Origin: an uncultured Acidobacteriota bacterium
GTDB lineage: Bacteria; Acidobacteriota; JAQAZP01
Assembly (NCBI GenBank): GCA_963836075.1
Contig: CAWIIB010000001.1
Coordinates: forward strand, 1,728,001-1,792,000
DNA: 64,000 nt
Direction: 5' to 3'
The notes under the pieces are model-generated. The model was not told the DNA's origin and did not search any database. It saw nothing but the letters and a program-made list of their open reading frames with translations. Below are positions 60,901 through 64,000 of this stretch, in pieces. Within the stretch, counting starts at the first letter, position 1. Every line of letters begins with the position of its first letter. A program made the position numbers and the translations under genes.

Positions 60901-61850
60901 GACTGCGAGGTGTAGCAGCCGATGCCATGGTCGGTCATCAGCAGTTCGCCCTTGTAGCGCGGCAGCCGCTCCAGCTGTTCCGGGGTCAGGTCGCGCACCA
61001 GCTGGTCCGATGCGGCGCTGATCACGGTGAGCGGGCCGTCGCTTCCCAGGCTGGCCTGGAGCCAGGCCACCGACTCGTCGGTGGGCGCCCCGCCCCGGTC
61101 GCCGGTGCCGAAGTAGCGGGCGGCGGCGTAAATCCCCGAACTCTCCCCCTGCTCCATGGCGGTGGACAACCACTTCTCGTCATGGCTCAGGTCGCTCTTG
61201 ATCTTGCTCACGTATTCGCCGGGGTTGAGCACCGCCAGCAAGGTGGAGCCGTCCACCCCCTCCCAGAGCCCGATGGGGAAGGGCGTACCCACCGACGAGC
61301 CCCAGGTCAGCTTCTGGGTGGAGAACATGTCGACACCGCAGTGGTTGGCGATGGCGGGCAGGGCATAACCGAAACCGAAACAGTCGGGGAGGAAGACATC
61401 GCGGCTGGTCTTGCCGAACTCGCGTTTGAAAAACCCGTTGCCGTAGAGCGCGTGACGGACCAGCGACTCCGGTGAGGGCACGTTGACGTCCACCGCGTCG
61501 AGCCAGCTGCCGGCCACCCGCCAGCGGCCCTGCTCGACGTAGCCGCGCAGCCGTTCGTACTCTTCGGGGTAATACTCCTTGATCAGCTGGTAGCGGAAGG
61601 CGCCCTCAAAGCTGAAAACGTAGTCGGGGTACTTCTCGAAGAGAGCGAAGTTGTCGTGCAGCGTGGCCGGGAGATACTCGTCGATGGTGGTGCGGATATC
61701 CCAGCGCCACTGAGTGTCCAGGTGGGCCGTGCCCACCACGTAGAGCTTCGGGGCCTCCACGGCATCCTGGGCCGTCACGGCCCCGGCGGCCAGGACCGGC
61801 ACACAACAGATGATGAACAGCACGCGCACGGCGTTGCCCGATCGGAACAT
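57915..61850 (-). CDS. Secreted GH38 alpha-mannosidase with Fn3-associated (YTLDGS) and PA14 domains
   Basis: AHLDTQWRW, FLPDCFGF, GDRGGAP, QFHDDLTGTS; IRYTLDGSDP; SDDGSRL..NDGLHG (PA14). Confidence 0.92.
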   Translation of the reverse strand: MFRSGNAVRVLFIICCVPVLAAGAVTAQDAVEAPKLYVVGTAHLDTQWRWDIRTTIDEYLPATLHDNFALFEKYPDYVFSFEGAFRYQLIKEYYPEEYERLRGYVEQGRWRVAGSWLDAVDVNVPSPESLVRHALYGNGFFKREFGKTSRDVFLPDCFGFGYALPAIANHCGVDMFSTQKLTWGSSVGTPFPIGLWEGVDGSTLLAVLNPGEYVSKIKSDLSHDEKWLSTAMEQGESSGIYAAARYFGTGDRGGAPTDESVAWLQASLGSDGPLTVISAASDQLVRDLTPEQLERLPRYKGELLMTDHGIGCYTSQSAMKRWNRQNELLADAAERAAVAAHWLGGAEYPRETLREAWTRFLAHQFHDDLTGTSIPEAYVHSWNDQLISLNQFAAVLTDSVAAVSRALDTEVEGTPLVVYNPLAGSREDVVEAEVRFPGGAPPFVRVYGTDDDGAYEYEVPSQILSTEGDTVRLVFIAPVLPVSFSVFDVRPADAPCALDTGLLVNEQGLENRRYRVSVDDNGDIASIFDKELGRELLAGPLTLQLLDNEPEEWAAWEIDYADLMAEPREVVTGPMEIGAVESGPARVVLEIVRRAGGSEFIQRVSLAAGGAGSRVEVDNLIQWKSPGTLLKAVFPLAVEQATATYDLGVGTIQRGVNKEQLYEVPAQQWVDLGAPNNDGGVALLTDSRYGWDRPAENTLRLTLLHTPRVNDRWGWIDDQKSQDLGSHRLGFAVVGHPDSWFFTGVVPSYEAAKFNQPLMAFRVPKHPGPLNREFSLLRSSTRHAAIQAVKLAEDDDRVVVRLLDKTGQGLDNVQVAMPAAPVRSFAELNGVEEPLEDERDGRGMLRVSRLAPCQLRTFAIEPGEPPVTLDPPQSRPLDLPFNSDGVSLDSGRTDGDFDGRGNSISGDLLPDKVVREGITFAMGRDRAGARNVVECRGQKIPLPAGGWNRLYLLAAAVDGGRTAAFSIDDRVEERWIEDWASPVGQWDSRLHGDLLVHDPEQILPAYINETPVAWVGSHRHGPDGENQSYTFTNLFRYELVLPPGARMLTLPDDPAVKLLAVTVAVNPNAEVVPAWPLYDRTERSGVVVETEARAFTDSLEVVLSSPNRGAEIRYTLDGSDPAENAMLYKGPIVVAEPAQLRARAFAPGLDSSFVARAEFRKLEPQPGVTAEPTSDGLDCRYFEGDWEKLPDFGTITPDRTAVLPTVSLPDDARDVNFGVTLEGYLRVSVEGVYTIGLNSDDGSRLLLNGEEVIANDGLHGSREVKAELALAPGLHSLAIEYFQDGVDAVLELWWSGPETSRQQVPAEALCH

Positions 61851-61985
61851 ATCCCGCTCCCCTTTCCACTGCTGACAGGCCGGCCGTTCCGGCCGGCCAG
61901 GGAAAAAACTGGCACAAATTCGACCCGGATAGCGTAGAGTATTGAGGATACCAATTTCAAACGGGTTTTCCGGAGGAGGGACAGG

Positions 61986-62558
61986 ATGGAGCAGCTGGTG
62001 GGGATCTGTATCGGCATCGGCCTCAGCGCGGCCAGTGGTTTCAGGCTTTTCGTGCCTTTTCTCGCCCTGGGCATCGCCAACCGGATGGGCTTCATACCGC
62101 TGGGAGAAAGTTTTCAGTGGATGGGCAGCCTGCCGGCGATCACCGCCTTTTCCGTAGCCCTGCTGCTGGAAGTGGGAGCCTACTACATCCCCTGGCTGGA
62201 CAACCTGCTGGATACCATTGCCACCCCTGCAGCGGTGGTGGCCGGGACCCTGCTCACCTACTCCCTGGTGGGAGACATTTCGCCGTTCTTCAAGTGGTCC
62301 ATGGCCCTGGTCGCCGGCGGCGGCGTGGCCGGCACGGTGCAGACCGGCAGCGTGGCCGCCCGGGGCACCTCCTCGGCGTCCACCGGGGGTGTGGGCAATC
62401 CGGTGCTCTCCACCGTCGAACTGGGCGGCTCGGTCTTCCTCTCCATCCTCTCGCTGCTCGTCCCGCTGGTGGCCATGATCCTGGCCCTGGTCCTCTGCTT
62501 CTTCCTCCTGCGCACCTCGCTGCGCTTCTTCCGCCGCCGGCGGGCCACCATCGCCTGA
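61986..62558 (+). CDS. DUF4126-family membrane protein
   Basis: GIGLSAASGFRLFVP, YYIPWLDNLLDTIA, TGGVGNPVLSTVE. Confidence 0.85.
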   Translation: MEQLVGICIGIGLSAASGFRLFVPFLALGIANRMGFIPLGESFQWMGSLPAITAFSVALLLEVGAYYIPWLDNLLDTIATPAAVVAGTLLTYSLVGDISPFFKWSMALVAGGGVAGTVQTGSVAARGTSSASTGGVGNPVLSTVELGGSVFLSILSLLVPLVAMILALVLCFFLLRTSLRFFRRRRATIA

Positions 62559-62583
62559 GTTTCGCCGGACGATCCCCGTACAG

Positions 62584-62610
62584 AAAAAGGGCCCGGGAAA
62601 ACCCGGGCCC
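62584..62610 (-). terminator. Rho-independent terminator
   Basis: Minus strand GGGCCCGGG-TTTT-CCCGGGCCC-TTTTT, 30 nt after the stop at 62641. Confidence 0.8.
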
Positions 62611-62640
62611 AGGAATGCTCGCTTCAGGTGATGCCCCGTC

Positions 62641-63003
62641 CTACTTCATCGAGCCAACCACCGTGCAGGCATCGCTGTCGGTGTCGCCGGAGGGAGCGAA
62701 GGGCGGCTGGTTGTAGGGAGCGGGTGTCACGTCAACACCGATCAGGGTGAAGACGTTGCTGCCCACCAGGGAAGCCAGGCCAGGCAGGCTCTGGTTCCAC
62801 ACGTTGCTGTATGTCTCGCCGGCGCTGAGATTGGTCCAGCCGGCACGCCAGTTGGTATAGGGGGTGCCGTTGCCGATCACCATGTCGATCCGGCCGGCGG
62901 CCCGGCGGTTCTCACTGGTCAGGTTGGCCAGCGACACCGCCATCTGGGTGGCAAAGGGCAGCACGCCACTGTCCGGGGTGCAACCGATGGTCACCTGCAC
63001 CGT
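62641..63003 (-). repeat. PYNQPP C-terminal domain copy 9
   Basis: TVQVTIGCTPDSGVLPF...NWRAGWTN...DVTPAPYNQPPF...CTVVGSMK*. Confidence 0.9.
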
Positions 63004-64000
63004 GTCGGTGGGCTGGGTGCTGCCGGCGCCGAGGCCCCAGATCTCCACGTCGTCGATGTTCCAGCCGGAGTAGGCCCAGGCGCCGGTGGAGGCCACCCGG
63101 TGACCCCAGCGGAGGTAGACAGTGGCTTCGCCGTCGGCCATGGACGAAAGGTCGAACACCTGCTCGGACCACGAGCTGTCAGCCACAGTGCTGGTGCCGT
63201 TGTCCCACAGCGGGGACCAGCTGCTGCCGTCCACCGACGCTTCCAGCGTCTGGTAGACGTAGGTCTGGTAATCGGAGTTGAGCCAGCGTTGGAACTTGAG
63301 GCTCACCTGGGTGAACTCGCTGCAGTCGATTGCCCCGGTGGTCAGGTACTGGTAGCTGCCCACGACGTTGGCGTAGTCGCCGTTGAGGTTGATGCCGCAG
63401 ACGTTGGCCCCGCTGGCACCCGACGTCGGGTCGGGGTTGCCGTAGGAGGCGCCGCCGCCGCCGGTGGGCACGCCATAGGCCCATTCACCGGCCATGGTCC
63501 AGCCGGGGTTGCTGTCCATGTTCCACTCGGTACTGCACCACCGGCACGCCCACCGTCAGCTGGGAGGTGCGGGTGCAGTCGCCGTCATGGTTGGTGGTGT
63601 TGACGAAGTCCACGTCACCGAAGTAGTCGCCGTTGTCCAGCGAGCTGGCGCTGGCGTTTATCGAGACGGTCACCGTGGCGGTGCCCAGGGCGGGGATGGT
63701 GCCGCCGGTGCTGCTGATGTCGAGCCAGGAGGTGCTCTCGCTCACCGTGTAGTTCAGCGCGTAGGTCTCGTAGTTGGTCAGAGTGTAGACCAGGCTGCCC
63801 GGGGTGAAGGGGCCGCCGTTCTCGCCCTCGGCCACCAGGCCGCCGCCGGGGCTGACCTTCATCCCGGTGGGCGGGGCGGTGGTGCCCACCACCCGCAGCG
63901 ACGGGTCGCCGAAGACGTGCCAGGTGTCATACATGCTCACGCCGCCGGAACCGTATTCGTCGATCATCGAGCAGGAACCGGCAAAGCAGAGGGCGCCGTA
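62641..64000 (-). CDS. 3' part of a gingipain-like C25 peptidase + BACON-like + beta-sandwich + PYNQPP C-terminal domain; frameshift at ~63529; runs off window
   Basis: MYDTWHVFGDPSLRV matches the end of the Rgp-type catalytic domain; one extra C converts VQY-EWNMDSNPGW into VQY-RVEH. Confidence 0.8.

Noticed and set aside
61877-61898. GGCCGGCCG-TTC-CGGCCGGCC hairpin between divergent genes
   Set aside because: Pure-GC palindrome likely by chance in this genome; no U-tract and not downstream of a gene.
8786-63003. PYNQPP repeat as a mobile element (MITE) or shufflon cassette
   Set aside because: Conserved at protein rather than DNA level; no terminal inverted repeats, target duplications or recombinase seen.
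1-64000. rRNA, tRNA, prophage, transposase or defence genes
   Set aside because: No such motifs recognised in the intergenic regions or ORFs.

Overview
High-GC (about two-thirds by eye) diderm bacterial DNA, probably from an uncultured lineage or MAG. It carries 7 single-base frameshifts that look like assembly errors. The window is dominated by exported proteins. Main result: nine secreted proteins with four different passenger types end in the same ~120-aa C-terminal domain (L-x-C-x-P-x-x-G-x-x-P-F ... W-R-x-G-[YW]-x-N ... D-V-T-P-x-P-Y-N-Q-P-P-[YFW] ... C-x-V-x-G-x-A-P-stop). These are 3 gingipain-like C25 peptidases, 3 beta-helix proteins, 2 eight-repeat propeller proteins and 1 BNR/sialidase-like protein. 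Two more, paralogous to passengers in that set, carry an alternative FG-GAP 'GPGPG...GPHVRG' tail instead. This looks like a lineage-specific C-terminal sorting or surface-anchoring system in the position where FCB bacteria carry the T9SS CTD. Also present: an ECF sigma/anti-sigma pair with a minimal secretin-like gene, a Ser/Thr kinase-FGE fusion, a PAS histidine kinase, and a DUF2946-like (CxxC/RAPP) leader ahead of a czcCBA-type operon whose pump lacks the TM4 Asp. There is also an M16 peptidase, Tat-exported DUF362 and aldo/keto reductase each paired with DUF6599, a GH38 mannosidase, and a lone low-GC integron-like cassette with an attC site. No rRNA, tRNA or CRISPR was seen. All family assignments come from motif recognition by eye; no database search was run.
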